A stretch of DNA of 63,145 nucleotides, filler included, from Diploschistes diacapsis (Eukaryota): NCBI GenBank assembly GCA_023645945.1. It is 15 parts of 15 records of this genome, joined end to end, with 100 filler letters (N's around TTAATTAATTAA, not from the genome) between each part and the next. Parts side by side here need not be neighbours in the genome. Positions count along the whole stretch, not along the records: positions 29,335 to 50,845 come from JALAIB010000309.1; positions 50,946 to 52,385 come from JALAIB010003090.1; positions 52,486 to 53,924 come from JALAIB010003091.1; positions 54,025 to 55,462 come from JALAIB010003092.1; positions 55,563 to 56,999 come from JALAIB010003093.1; positions 57,100 to 58,536 come from JALAIB010003094.1; positions 58,637 to 60,073 come from JALAIB010003095.1; positions 60,174 to 61,609 come from JALAIB010003096.1; 7 more parts are not named here. One strand, given 5' to 3'. The notes under the pieces were generated by a model, which searched no databases, had not been told where the DNA came from, and worked only from the letters and a program-made list of their open reading frames with translations. The translations under genes were made by a program, and so were the position numbers. Positions 49,503-62,970 of this stretch are shown piece after piece. Each line of letters opens with the position of its first letter. Positions within the stretch are counted from its first letter, which is position 1.

Positions 49503-50189
49503 CTATTGCCATACGCAGGGCCCGCAGAACTGCAAAGCGTCAGAATGCGGATACAGCTCCAATTCTAATGCTTATTATTGGAGACTACGAGCTTGCTCTC
49601 ACATCCTGCTGTATATCTCGACCTTTGCTGTTTGGTGATCTTGCGTTCGGCTTCGCAGAAATCTATCTCGAGCTTCTACCACAGTTGCAAAGGCGGCGAT
49701 ATGTGATTCCCACGGCGACAAATCTTTGCCACGGCCAATCAGACTTTTTTGTTGCAATATATGGCGCGGTCAGTGTTTTGAACGTTAACCTCAAATTTGT
49801 TGTTGCAGAATATATGGATATTAACAATCATACAGCTCGGGAGCGCAGAATCTACTACCACATAAACCTTGCTGAAACATCCGCTAAGCGATTGAATCAA
49901 TATATAGCCGGCAACAGATTCGATGCTTTTCTAGCCAGAAAGAGTTCACGGCACCACGAGCACCAATCGTTAAGAGAAGATCAGCACCTTGTGAGATTCT
50001 CCATGCCGCGAAAATCCACGGATGGACAGTCCCAGTATAGGGAAATCACGCCTTGAGATTCAATGCATAGAGTTCAGACTGCCTCATCCCCACGAATGAG
50101 ACCTCCAAAGGCCTCGTGAATTGCTTCCACCATATGAACTTGACGCCTTCAACATCCTTATAGGTCCCGTCTGCCACTACCGTAGCACT

Positions 50190-50845
50190 ATGTCGCCGCT
50201 CTCACCCCTCCTCCTCCATCTACTCTCCTCTCTCTCCCCCCTGCTCCCACTCGCCAGCACCAGCACCACCTCCATCATCCTCCCTCTTTACATCTACCCC
50301 GGCTCCTCCGCCACCAACTAGACCCCCTTCTTCACCACCCTTTCTTCGCATCCCAGCATCCCCATCACCATCATCATCGACCGCGACTCCGGGCCCGGCG
50401 CCTCCCACCTATCCCAACGCAAACCACATGACGGGCCCAAGCAAGCTCCGCACCTGCTCCAACGCGCGCCTGATCGGCCACGCACACAGCCTCTCTACGC
50501 CACGGCCCGCGCTGAGCGCCATGCCAAGCCAGCCAACGTGACAAAAGCACGCCGCCTGGGCCAACCAACGCGGGGGCACCGGGCATCTGCGTCTCCGGCG
50601 TGTTCGTCGACGGACCCCCCCCCCCGCGCCTCGATCGGCCCTGCGTGGGCGTCCGCCGCCGCCATTCGTGCAACGAACACCCTCGCCCGCGCGCCGCGGC
50701 GGGGCACGGCTCCCCTGCGCCGTGTGCAATCCTGGAGCGCCGACGTCGGCGGGGCGTGTTTGTCGGCCACGGCGCCGGAGCTGAGCGTGCGGTTCGGGGC
50801 TAGCTATGCGGCTGAGGCGGGGGCTGGCGCGGTGTGGATGAGGGG
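50190..50845 (+). pseudogene. Disrupted spherulin-4 (GH135-like) gene
   Basis: Signal peptide, then IILPLYIYPG; TAG at 50319 where Trp is expected; continues PFF..LSSHPSIPITIIIDRDSGPG; later SGVFVD in a shifted frame; runs to the contig end. Confidence 0.72.
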
Positions 50846-52485
50846 NNNNNNNNNNNNNNNNNNNNNNNNNNNNNNNNNNNNNNNNNNNNTTAATTAATTA
50901 ANNNNNNNNNNNNNNNNNNNNNNNNNNNNNNNNNNNNNNNNNNNNGGGGGTCAGCTAGCGGGGGTGCTTGGAGGGGCGTCCGCGAGCCCGGTACGGGAGG
51001 ACAGCGTTCGCGAGAGTGGTTCACGACACACCCCCCATGTACGAAACGGGGAAGGCTGCGGGAGGAAGCGGACAACAACGGGCAGGGGAGAAAAGAAGAG
51101 TGGAGAGCGGTGCGGTTGGTAAGGTTGGTGGATCGAGTCGGATCGAGATTTGTGTTTGGCGTGTGTATGTGGTATGTGTACGTACTACGTGTGGTGGTGG
51201 GCAGATGTGGCTCGTGTTACATTAGCCTCCCAAGAGCGGGGGCACAAGGAAAAACTGATGGCGGGGCGAAAGAAAGAAAGAAAGGAAAAGAAGGGCCGGC
51301 GAAGGTTGAGGTTGAGAGAGAGCTTCGACACCGGGTACACACGCCAACGCGGAGCGGAGGCAGGGGGACAGACTGGACTAGGCAATATATATATATCCAG
51401 AAGCTGCATGGGGGCTGTAAAAAAAGGGGCCCGGCAGCTTCTTGGGATGCATCCACCCCTGTTTTGTTTTTTTTTTCTTTTTTCGGTGTTTGGTTGGGAA
51501 TGGCGGTTTGATCTGCGTTGTATTTGCATTTGAATGGAAAGTGGTCCGAAGCCGGAGTGCGGGAACGGAAGCACAAAAAGATGAGGACGATGGAGACGAA
51601 AAGTATGGGAGGAAGAGGGGTGTGGAAGCAGAAGGACGGAGGCATACATGGCATACACTGCTGGGAGCACGGACCCAAGTGGGAATCACGCAGGGTAAGA
51701 TGAATTTAAAAGTAAAACCACACACGTCTGTCTGTCTGTACACAACCCCATAGCCGCTCCCATTCGTGTATACTTGTACCAACTCCTGTACCCACTCCCA
51801 CGAGTGTTCCCCAAAAGCGCCAAAACCCACAGAAATCGGAGAACGAGGACGGACAAGGAGCGGCGGGACGGGTGGCTTCTCTATGCTCTTGCGTTCCCCT
51901 TCTCCTCGTCTTGGCTGTCTTGACTATCTTGACAGTTTTGTGGCATAGCATAGTGCGTCGTTGCTAGCTGCTTGCAGTGCCTTGCACTTGGCCATTTCTT
52001 TGCGTGTGCTGGAGGGTAGCTGCGAGGTAACCAGGCAGGCAGCTAGTCAGCAGGCCAGCCGAGGATCTTGCCTTGCCACCCTGCTGTTGTCCGGCACGGC
52101 GAGGCGTTGAGACATGGGGGAGTCTGAAGATAAGACACGCTCAAAGGTCGGCGTAGAAGGGGTGCTGTATCGCTTTAGCTGGCGACAATCGTAATTTATC
52201 CATTTGTACGTACACAGGCCCAGACCGTAAAGTTTGAGACCATGCCATAGACCCAGGCCCGGCATTCCTTCTCTCATATGCCACCTCCGCGTCCCCGCGC
52301 GACGCACACCCTACCCCTCTCAAACTCCCTTCCGCACTTCCACGAAACCCCCTCACCCGTCATAAATACCATCACCCCTTCAAACNNNNNNNNNNNNNNN
52401 NNNNNNNNNNNNNNNNNNNNNNNNNNNNNTTAATTAATTAANNNNNNNNNNNNNNNNNNNNNNNNNNNNNNNNNNNNNNNNNNNN

Positions 52486-52912
52486 ATATTATAATTTATA
52501 AATATTCGTGATTTATATACCCGCGTTATACGTATCGGGGGATCGATATTAACCCGTATATTAATTAACCGAAATCGTATCGATAATTTTCCCGTTTAAC
52601 GGCGAGTACGTACCCGTTATTTTTTCGCGGAATTAACGGAAGTATATCGAGAATTTTACGAAAGTTTTTAAATAAATATAAATAACGACTTTAAAAATCT
52701 AAAACTAAAAAAGAAAAAAATAATTATAATAAATAATTATAATAATCTTCCGGGCGAGCGAAGGAACTTAATTTTAACGTCGCGCTAAAACCGCTTTAAG
52801 GCCGTAAATTATAAGAAAAGTTTTTACAGAAGGATCTTTTCTTTTCTTTTCTAGAGATTAGTTCATGAATACTATGACCATTACTATTACACTACTGCAT
52901 TTCATCCTTTAC
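52486..52912 (+). mobile_element. LTR-like repeat (family B) ending CCTTTACA; reverse-complement copy at about 61069-61460
   Basis: Shared blocks ATAATCTTCCGGGCGAGCG and CTAGAGATTAGTTCATGAATACTATGACCATTACTAT. Confidence 0.65.
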
Positions 52913-53924
52913 AGATTACCTAAAAGCTATAGAGAAAACGATAACGTAATGTTTATCCGAAAGTTACCGGGACGTCCAGTTAACGATCTAGTACCTGGTA
53001 TTAAAGGTATCAACGACGGGTTAATTATCCACGTCAACGACGGGTCAATTACGCACGTTAAAGACGTATCAATAATAAAGTTAAAGGTTCAGCTGAATCA
53101 TACTAAATCTTTATTATCTGTTCTTACCGAGGATCATAGCACCCTAAGGATTCCTACTTCTACTCTATATAATTAATTCGAGCTAGATAATAGTGATCGA
53201 CGGTTAGTAAGGAGGTTCTTACGGGTTGAAGTTTTAAGGAAAAGAATTGAATCTGAACTTAAATCTGAATTTATTGAACCGAATATATTAAAATTTATTA
53301 CGTTAATAACGGGCGTTATACACGTTATTAATAATTCGATTACGTATATAGTACCCGTTAACGTCACGTTAATAACGTTTAATATATAGGATTTTTAAGT
53401 AATGAACGATATAAACGACGTTTTAATAACCATAAACGTTTAAAGTATTAAAAAATTATATAACACGAGTTCCGTTATTAATAAACGATAACGGGATGTC
53501 GAACATTTTTTATCAATTAAAATATTAAGGAGTTATATAACGCTTATAATAAATAAATAGGAGATGATAAGCGACGTTGGTTTAAGATTAATACGTGTTA
53601 GCATCTTAAGGAATTATAAGGAAGCCGTGAATGATTTAATCTTCGGACGAGAATAAGAAGTAATAATAAAAAAAATCGATTTTTTATTACTAAATTAGAC
53701 CTAGATTGAATTACTTAAACCATCTAAACCTATCAATATTATAAGCTCAAAATAAGTTTTCGATATCAAGTATAATTTTAATAACGATATTAAAAGGTTC
53801 AAGACTAGATTAGTAGTAAAAAGGTTTTCGTAAAAATAGAATATCGATTTCGATAAGATATTTATTCCTATTATTCGAGCCGATTCGCTACGGATCTTAT
53901 TGGCGGTTATAATAACTAAAGATT
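52913..53924 (+). mobile_element. RIP-mutated Ty1/Copia pol (linker and reverse transcriptase N-terminus)
   Basis: About 53735-53924 reads NIISSK*VFDIKYN...RFKTRLVVKRFS*K*NIDFDKIFIPIIRADSLRILLA (compare KWVF..K...RFKARLVAKGFSQ..GIDF.ETFAP); 52915-53125 recurs at 56570-56780. Confidence 0.85.
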
Positions 53925-54362
53925 NNNNNNNNNNNNNNNNNNNNNNNNNNNNNNNNNNNNNNNNNNNNTTAATTAATTAANNNNNNNNNNNNNNNNNNNN
54001 NNNNNNNNNNNNNNNNNNNNNNNNCGATAAATCTAATCGAATATAATTTTCCGCCGCGATAAAACGATATACGCGATATAATTAATTTAATACGCGTAGT
54101 TCGAAATACGCCGCTAATCGAATCACGATAGATATAAAACTTCGTACGATAATAAAAAATGTTTAAAATACGTTATTAAAAAATATTAATTAAAGATTTT
54201 TAAATCGTATGAAATTAATTCGACCTCGTACGTAACGTGATTAATAAATATGGTATCCTCGATTCGGATATCTATAATTTCGACGAAACCGGCTTTCTTA
54301 TAAAAATATTAAGTTATATAAAGGTCGCAATTACTTTAAATCGCAACAATAAATTTCGTACG

Positions 54363-54566
54363 TGTTGAGCAGGCAGGCAGAATGCATGGCTGGGAAGTTC
54401 AGCTGAACCTACTGGAATTCCTGCTAATTTTAATCGGGAATAATGCAAGTCTATAGGGCTTAATAGATCCTATTGGTATAAAAACTTATGTATAGACTAT
54501 TCCTTCTAGTTAAATTTCTAGATATCTAAACTTCGATACATACGTTATTTAAAAGATTATGAGCCC
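54363..54566 (+). mobile_element. Copia 5' LTR with primer-binding site
   Basis: Starts TGTTGAGC like the 28243 LTR; followed by GATTATGAGCCC, a mutated form of the Copia half-tRNAiMet PBS GGTTATGRGCCC. Confidence 0.7.
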
Positions 54567-55562
54567 GAGTTAATTTACTATCCCGTCGCGTTTATGTATT
54601 AAAAGTAATGTTTCCGGGTAGGTATCACCGTTATGACTGCGGGATCCAATTACGCTACCTATTACAAATTAAATTAAAGAAATCTTAAAAGCCTAAGATC
54701 TGAATCATAGCATCCTGGAGTAATCAGATCCAAAATAGAAGTTAAATTACTTATTAATAAAACGCGGGCACCGACTACGCTGCTCTAGGAGAGCTAAATT
54801 GGCTGAACTAAGTTAAAGTTCAGGACCTAAGTTCAGGTTTACTTAATTGATATCCGAAAACCCTTCCTCCTCGATAATCATCGAAATCCAACGAAATTCT
54901 ATTATTACACTCATTCGACCACTTTAAACAAATATCGAAATTTAGCTAAACTCGTTAAACTTACTCGATTACCTTTACTTCTTTAACAAAAAACTCACAT
55001 TTTTCTGCTCTATTTATCAACAATTTATTAATTACGATTCATTCATTATACCAATCTTCTTTATTTACGAAAACTACAACCATAAAAGATATCATAAACA
55101 AAAAAAAAGTAGCTTCAATACTGAACAAAAAAACCACAAAGAATGATTCATATTAATCAAGAATTAACTCTAAAGTAAAAGAATAGACGACGTGTTAATA
55201 TACGAAACACCGTCTAATTATAACACCGATACTTCAATATCGAGCAATTAATTCAGTTTAACACCTAAATCTTTGTATATCAAGGATCAATGGCGAAAAT
55301 ACCAGATTAAAACTAATTATTAAATATATCTTTACACAAACGACGTCGATCACGAACGTATCGAAAACTTTAATATTTCTTACGTTAAATGAATATCTCT
55401 TAAGATTAAATACGAAAAGATTATTAAAAACGAATACCAATAATTACGACTCGAGTTTACTANNNNNNNNNNNNNNNNNNNNNNNNNNNNNNNNNNNNNN
55501 NNNNNNTTAATTAATTAANNNNNNNNNNNNNNNNNNNNNNNNNNNNNNNNNNNNNNNNNNNN

Positions 55563-56063
55563 AATTATGACGTTTATTTTTTACGTTTTTATTTATTTAA
55601 AAAAATTATACTGCGATATTTCGGTAGATTTACCGTAATATTTCGATAAATTTATTATAATATAATATCCGTGTTAATATCCGTACCGAGCAAATTTTTA
55701 TTACGGTATTCGTATCCGTGGATTCACCGAAACATTTTTAAATATTTTTTTAATTTTAATAATTCTAGAATTATTACGTCTATTTCTTACGCTTTTATTT
55801 TTTTTAACAATTTTTACCGCGATGTTTCCGTAAATTTATCGTAATATTTCGGTGGATTTACGGGAGTATAGTATCCGTGTTAATATCAATATTTTAAAAA
55901 TTTTAATTGTAGTATCCGTGTCCGTGCTTTTATTATAATATAATGTCCGTGTCAGTGTCCGTGTTTTAAATTTTTAGCTGTAGTGTCCGTGTCAGTGTCC
56001 GTATTTTGAAAATTTTTGCTGCAGTGTCCGTGTCAGTGACCGTGGCACGAAACGGCCAGCCTA
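55563..56063. mobile_element. hAT-like element end with subterminal (GTGTCCGTGTCA) repeats
   Basis: Terminus ACGGCCAGCCTA is the reverse complement of TAGGCTGGCCGT at 58442; both ends share the subterminal repeat. Confidence 0.7.
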
Positions 56064-56481
56064 GTACAAAATGGTAATTCTTGAAACCGAGGTCAAGACA
56101 TTTCGTACGGTAAATGAAGTATTTAATAAACGAAGAAGAATTAAAAAAACGCGCGTACGAGCTGAAGGATTATTTAACGTATTAGAAGTAATCGTATTAC
56201 AGCCTTTAAAGATCGAAATTCGTATAAAGAAGGTTGATATGTTTTAAAATAAAGATCGTACGAAGGAGATCGGATTGCGCGTACGACGTTATAATAAATA
56301 TAATTAGTTCGGGTATAATACGCGAACTTACGAAATAGAATCTATAACTTCTAAGGAAGATATTAATAATCAATATAATGAATTATCGTACGAATTGATT
56401 GCGTAAATGTAATTACACCTCGTACGAATCGAGAAGGGTGTCCGCTCGCTATGAGTGTCCGCTCGCTATGCATATACGTTA
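56064..56481 (+). mobile_element. pogo/Fot1 transposase C-terminus and right TIR
   Basis: LETEVKTFRTVNEVFNKRRRIKKTRVR...RRYNKYN*FGYNTRTY, a RIP-mutated RRCGxCGxxGHNARTC knuckle; TIR with duplicated GTGTCCGCTCGCTATG ending ACGT|TA. Confidence 0.82.
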
Positions 56482-56782
56482 TAAGATCTAAATATCTAAT
56501 ATTTAAAAGATTATTAAAACTAATTCAGTTAAGTTTAAAAAGAATAAGATACTTATTTTTTAAGAACTGAAATTACTTAAAAACTATAGAAAAAACGATA
56601 ACGTAATACTTATCCGAAAGCTATCGGGACGTCCAACCAACGATCTAATACCTGGTATTAGAGGTATTAACGACGAGTTAATTACTCACGTTAACGACGG
56701 GTTAATTACGTACGCCAAAGACGCATCAACGATAAAGATAAAGGTTTAACTAAATTATATTAAATTTTTATCATCTGCCCCT

Positions 56783-56999
56783 TGTTATGATCTCTATCTC
56801 TACAACGTAGACACGAGGTATCGATCAAGGTAGGTTTAGTCTCGTATAGGAGAGGAATGTAGGCAGGAAGAAGAAAAAGATCAAATACGAATCTATATTA
56901 ATCTCTAGAAGTATACTAAATAATAAAAAGTATTAATATTACATTAATCTATCTATCAAGATAATATAAGATCTAAACACGCCCGTCCTTATCGCTGTC
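56783..56999 (+). mobile_element. LTR family A, 5' part
   Basis: TGTTATGATCTCTATCTCTACAA...; interrupts a Copia-derived segment. Confidence 0.72.
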
Positions 57000-58441
57000 N
57001 NNNNNNNNNNNNNNNNNNNNNNNNNNNNNNNNNNNNNNNNNNNTTAATTAATTAANNNNNNNNNNNNNNNNNNNNNNNNNNNNNNNNNNNNNNNNNNNNA
57101 TATAATTCTATTTAATTAATTAATTTTTATACGATCCTTTTTCTTTCGTGTTCGTATTCGCGTAATTCTAATTAATTTATTTAATTTTCATCCGGTATCG
57201 AGTAATTCGAACTAATAATACCTATCGTTTCTAATATCGATAATCTTTAATTTTAATTCTTTCTCAACATTCCATCTGTTCGCAGCCTAACTTTCTAAAT
57301 ATATTTTAATTAAATTTTGTTTTTTCATTTTTCTAATACTGGCAGGCTATTTAGGGATAATTAGATATCCTTTTCCTTTCTCTTTCTATATTTTTATAAA
57401 TAATGTCTTCTTGTTATACCTGGAATTTTTAGATCGTAACCTTCTTCTTACCTTTCGTAAGATGTGGAAGGGTCCTTAAACAAATTCTTAGGTTGGCCCT
57501 CATTATAAATATAAGACGCGTTGTTTAGGGAGACTTCTTTTGCTATAGTAGGTAGATAGTCGTAGGTGGTGTAGTAAGGGAATGTAATGTGATTTCGTAG
57601 TTAATAGCATACCTAGGTAGGACATTTATGAGGTATAGGATGCATTGCTTGTCTAGAGCTACCTAGCAGGCCTCCTTAAATGGAGCTGCCCTGTGGGGAC
57701 CACCCCCACCAAGTCTGCGGCCTACTTTTATGTTTACATTATATAATCTCTTAATCATCGATTATGTTAATAGATTACGCGTTAAATCGAAATATCCGTT
57801 AACGATAATAATAAATATATTCATTATTTTCATGTATGACTTTATAATACCGTATATACCATTAAGGTATATAAAGATAGTAAGAATTTAACCTTATTAA
57901 ACGTCAGTTTATTCAATAGTATAATTAGCTCGTGTTAACTTCTAACGAAAGGTTTATATCAAGATTTTTATTATAGACTATTCTTCCTTATAATTTCTTT
58001 CCGATATCTTTACCGTTTTATATTTCCTTTTCCTTTATTTGTATTATTATAATCCCTAAGTAATCTGCGGTTAATATAACAGCTGCCGTTATTTTCCTTT
58101 TTACTTTATAGAACAAGATGAACTGCTCTTTTTCGAATTATTGCTTTATATATCTCATCAATCTATTGATCGTATTGAAACTTTTACCATCCTTTATCAT
58201 AATTAGAATTATATACTGCTATAGGTTTGCTAAGGGTTCCGGTAATTTTATTAACTTTCTATCTTCTAGTATTATTTTTATAATTATTTTAATTAGTTTA
58301 CTCGGGTATCGTGCGTCTATTAGTAAGCTTTAGTACGTAAACTTCCTGCGATCTTTAAGAATAATGGGTCTAGATACGCTATATTTTTTTTAAATATGAC
58401 TAATGTAAGTTAAAGCTTCTTAATGCTCGATTAATATATAC

Positions 58442-58536
58442 TAGGCTGGCCGTCACTGACACTGACACGGCCGTGTCAGTGACACGGACACTGACAGTGT
58501 CAGTGTCCGTGTTTTAGATTTTTTAGCTGCGGTGTC
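58442..58536. mobile_element. Opposite end of the hAT-like element
   Basis: TAGGCTGGCCGT followed by ACTGACAC/GTGTCAGT repeats in both orientations. Confidence 0.7.
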
Positions 58537-59909
58537 NNNNNNNNNNNNNNNNNNNNNNNNNNNNNNNNNNNNNNNNNNNNTTAATTAATTAANNNNNNNN
58601 NNNNNNNNNNNNNNNNNNNNNNNNNNNNNNNNNNNNCCCCCTTTCCATCCCCCTCTATCTAGCCTCCTGCCTTCACTATTCTATCGAGATCTTGGACAAC
58701 CGTGCCTTACCCCAACATGCTCTCTACCAACCCTTTTTCTACCCTCGTGTGTTGCCTTTCCGCATCTTTACCTCCCACCCTCGTAGGCAGCGACCCCCGC
58801 ACCTTTCTCGCTTACTGAACTCTCCCCTCTAACCCATTCCTTAAACCTCCGCTTCCCTTATCCCCAGCCCCGAATGCGTTCTGTGGCTGTGTCTATCTTC
58901 GTCCTCGTTCTCGCCTACCCTCTTAGGCGATATCAAGAAAAAGTCTGCACACCCCAGTACCTCTTGGACCACTCCATGCCCCCACGCCAAAGGCCTCGAG
59001 CCGCTTCAGACCACGAAACAAGCGCAAGATCCTCGAAGCCGCCCCTAGAGTTTCCAGGGTCCATTTCACGATCGATCCGAAAAAGCATCTTTAGAGCTCT
59101 TGCGCGGGGCCACGAAGTAGCGAAAGGGGGGTGCTGGGGCCGGGTGCAAATTGTTCTCGATACCGCCTGCCTCTCCACCGGCGTTACCGTACCGCCCCAG
59201 GCCGGCCGTGAAACGAGATCTTCCCTCGCCACCCTTTCACCCCTTGCCCGCTTCGGGGAGTCTTCCTTTCCAAGCTCTCCATTCTCCCCACCCTTCCTAT
59301 TCCCCATTCCCACCACGGTGCCTCTGCCTCCAAATCTTTCGCCCCCTAAAAAAAAACAAAAGAACCAAAAAAAAAAGCCACATATAATATCCCCGCTCCG
59401 CTATCACTCCCGAGTCGCCCCGTTCCCATCCGGGCCTCCGGCCGCCTTCCCCTCCGCCCATCTCCCCGCTCCTTGCCGTTCCTAGGAGCCTCTCGTATTC
59501 TCTCTCTCTCTCCCGTCTCCTTTTTCTCTTTCCTTTTCCCCCCTCGTCCCCTTTTCACCGGGGACTCCCGGGGAATATTCCGCTGTATTTCCCCCGTCCC
59601 CCGCATGCTGCCGCCGCCGGCACCGGGCCCTGTCCCTGGGCGGTCAAGGCAAAAAATAAAAGAAACCGCCAATAAATCGACAAAGGAGAAAAGAAAAAAA
59701 ACCAGAACGTAAAAAAGGGGGAGGGGGGGCTTCCCGTAAAGCTCTTTTTTTTTTTTTTTTTCGGCTACATGCATCCACCATTCCATCTGTCTGCATGCAT
59801 CGAGATGCATCGATCTGCTCCCTTTCTGCGCCCGCTCTCCCCCCGAATCCGTTCTTCTCGCCCTCTCCCCTTCAACCCATATGCTCCCCACCCGCCACTG
59901 CGTCTGCGT

Positions 59910-59953
<44 letters not shown>
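59910..59953 (+). repeat. (GA)n microsatellite
   Basis: Directly visible, with one interruption. Confidence 0.95.
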
Positions 59954-59956
<3 letters not shown>

Positions 59957-60394
59957 CGGCAGCAGCAGCGCTATTCCATGACGCAGTGGGGCAGAGCGGG
60001 GCGGGGAAGGGAAGGGAAGGGACCGGGAGTTGTTCCCCTTTCTGTACGCCGGCAGATCCGGATGCACATATATNNNNNNNNNNNNNNNNNNNNNNNNNNN
60101 NNNNNNNNNNNNNNNNNTTAATTAATTAANNNNNNNNNNNNNNNNNNNNNNNNNNNNNNNNNNNNNNNNNNNNGTTATAAAGTACCAAATAAACTACTAT
60201 TCAGTTACTTGAATCGTAATATTATCTCCTTTCTTTAACCTTATCGGCCCGACAAGTACCGAAAGATAAACATAAATATTAAATAAAAGAAAATCCTAAG
60301 TCGTGAAATAGCGATGTCTTTTTCTTCTTCGAAAAAAAAGAAACGTCTAAATTCTATTATTCGTCTTCGGGGTTATCTAAATATACTACCTTAT

Positions 60395-61022
60395 TGTTAT
60401 GATCTCTATCTCTACAATGTAGACACGAGGTATTGATCAAGGTAGGTTTGGTCTCGTTTAGAAGAGGAGTACAAGCAGGAGAAGAAGATAGAACAGTCAT
60501 AGGTCTTAAACTATCTTTAAAAAGAAACCTCTCTAATAATAGAAGTAACGAATATAAATTGATCCCGAATAATAACTAGGGATGTTTATAAAAATAAACA
60601 CATTAAGATTCACAAAAACCATAACGACGTTCTTATATAACCAACTGCTCTCTAACGAAATAAATTAATAGATAAATAAAACTACCGTTCTCCCGTTCTA
60701 TCTATAAAGGGTAAAATAACCTTCAAAACTTTCTATTCATCACGTGATTAATATCACCATAATTAAACTATATATAAGGAATAATTAGGTTAAGCCCGAT
60801 CAGCTATGAAGTACCAAGTAACTACCATTTAGTCACTTAGATCGTAATATTATCCTTTTCCTTCAGTCTTGTCGGCCCGACAAGCATCGAAGGGTAAACA
60901 GAAGTACTAAACAAAAAAAATCCTAAATCGTAAGACAGCGATATCTTTTTTATTTTCGAAATAAAAGAAACGTTTAAGCTCTATCATTCGTCTTCGAGGT
61001 TATTTAGATACATTACCTTACA
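60395..61022 (+). mobile_element. Complete ~630-bp LTR of family A (TG...CA), directly preceded by the 3' end of another copy (60174-60394)
   Basis: TGTTATG start, CCTTACA end; 60180-60394 aligns with 60809-61021. Confidence 0.78.
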
Positions 61023-62413
61023 ACCATTATCTATTCTTTTACGACTATATTAGAATATCTTCTATTTCTGTAAAGGATAAAATGCAGTAGTGTGATAGTA
61101 ATGGTCATAGTATTCATGAACTAATCTCTAGAGAAGAAAGTAGGAGACTTCCTACTGAAAACTCTTCTTATATAGGTCTGCGGTCTTGGCGCGGTGTTAG
61201 GACTAAGGTCTTCCGCTCGCCCGGAAGATTATCATAAATATTTATTATAATTATTTCTTTTTTTTTAGTTCTAAATCTTTAAAGTCGTTGCTTACGTTTA
61301 TTTAAAAACTTTCGTAAAGATCCCGCTATACTTCCGCTAATTCCGCGGAAGCGTAACGGATATTAATCCGTCGTTAAATAAAAAACTTGCCGATACGATT
61401 CCGATTAATTGATATACGGATCGATATCGGTTTTTAAATGCACGGGACGCGGGTATATGTAAGGCCAAGCAAGGAGCATGCCAATAGTCGGACAAGCGGC
61501 ACTCAGGGTCTTGGCTTGCGGGTACTTGAAGGGGGATTTTGCCCTTCTTACTTTCTCCTCTTCTTTAATAATTAGTCTTAACATGAATATACCCTACGTA
61601 CAACTATCTNNNNNNNNNNNNNNNNNNNNNNNNNNNNNNNNNNNNNNNNNNNNTTAATTAATTAANNNNNNNNNNNNNNNNNNNNNNNNNNNNNNNNNNN
61701 NNNNNNNNNAGCCCCACAACCACACATAAAATTATTTGTACGAAACTAAATCTGTTTTCAACTACATTATACGAAGGTGCAGGGATTGTGTTCCGCTTCG
61801 TGGGGTGTTCCGTTTCCTGGGGAAAGACGTTAAGCATTATTATAATTATAGACCTGTAGTGGTAAAGAAACATCATATGAGAAGTGAGTATAGATTGTAG
61901 CTAAGTCAGAGCGAAAATCTAGTTATGTACATGAGATGCAAGCGCCATCATCACGTGCCACCTGCAATCCGCCGGCAAGACCAGCGACTTACTACATACC
62001 CAATTTAATCACATAATAATTCATAAATAAATAATCGGTCCGATTAATCCATTTACATACCCGTACCCTGCCTTTTTATCCTTTTCTTCCTTTCTTCTAA
62101 TTCGATATGCCCTCCAGGCACAAATTTATAATCCAAAAAGAACGGGCGAAAAATCCGCTTTTTATTTTACTTTCTTTAGCCACCTATACTGACAGCTTTA
62201 AAGGGAAAACGCCTATTCGCGATAATCGTGTTTTTTTATTATAATAGCTGTAAATTCCATTCCGTTCGAGACATTTTAAAAGCCTCTTAAAATCTTTTGT
62301 AACGCCCGAAGTGTGCGCACCGGGGTTCAGGCCCCCCTGCTGCCACAGCCACGCACCTACATATAGTGTAATAGGGAAACAGTGCTTCGGGGTTCCTGAA
62401 AGCATTGTGTTAG

Positions 62414-62970
62414 TGTTATGATCTCTATTTATACAAGGTATACACGAGTAAGATCAAGGTGGGTTTGATCTCTGTTAGAAGAGGAGTGTAAGCAGGAGAA
62501 AAAGATAGAATAATTATAGGTCTTAGATTGTTTTTAGAAAGAAAGTTTTTTAATGATAGAAGTAACGAATATAGATTGATCCCGAGTAATAATTAAAGAT
62601 GTTTATAAAAATGAACACGCCCTTTTTTACGAAGGTAAAATCGTGCTTATATATAATTAACTCGTTCGCCGTTTATTGTAAGTTTAGCGAGCGGTGTTTT
62701 CGAAACTCACCGTTTATAAGAATAAGCGCGATTATCGAGCGGTAACGAAAGCTTATTCGCTGCTTACGAGAATAAACGCGAATAATAAACGTATCACGTA
62801 ACTTCCGTCTCGTGATTGATTTATATATAATAAAACTAAAACGTGTTAAATCTAATATTTGAATCGTAATATTATCCTTTTTTTTTAATATTATCGGCCC
62901 GATGATTCGCCGAAGGGTCTAATATAAATATTAAATAAATAAAAATCCTAAATCGTGGGACAACGATATT
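62414..62970 (+). mobile_element. LTR family A inserted into a TGTAAC-starting LTR (62298-62413)
   Basis: Colinear with 22603-23066 over about 450 bp, differing mainly by transitions. Confidence 0.78.

Noticed and set aside
49568..50056. 162-aa ORF downstream of TAF7
   Set aside because: Starts 65 bp after the TAF7 stop with no recognisable domain; cannot be supported without a homology search.
50946..52385. Many short ORFs in a GC-balanced small contig
   Set aside because: Low-complexity purine/pyrimidine tracts typical of UTR or intergenic DNA; no coherent gene model.
58637..60073. 203-aa and 181-aa ORFs
   Set aside because: They run through homopolymers and a GA microsatellite and look like UTR or promoter sequence.
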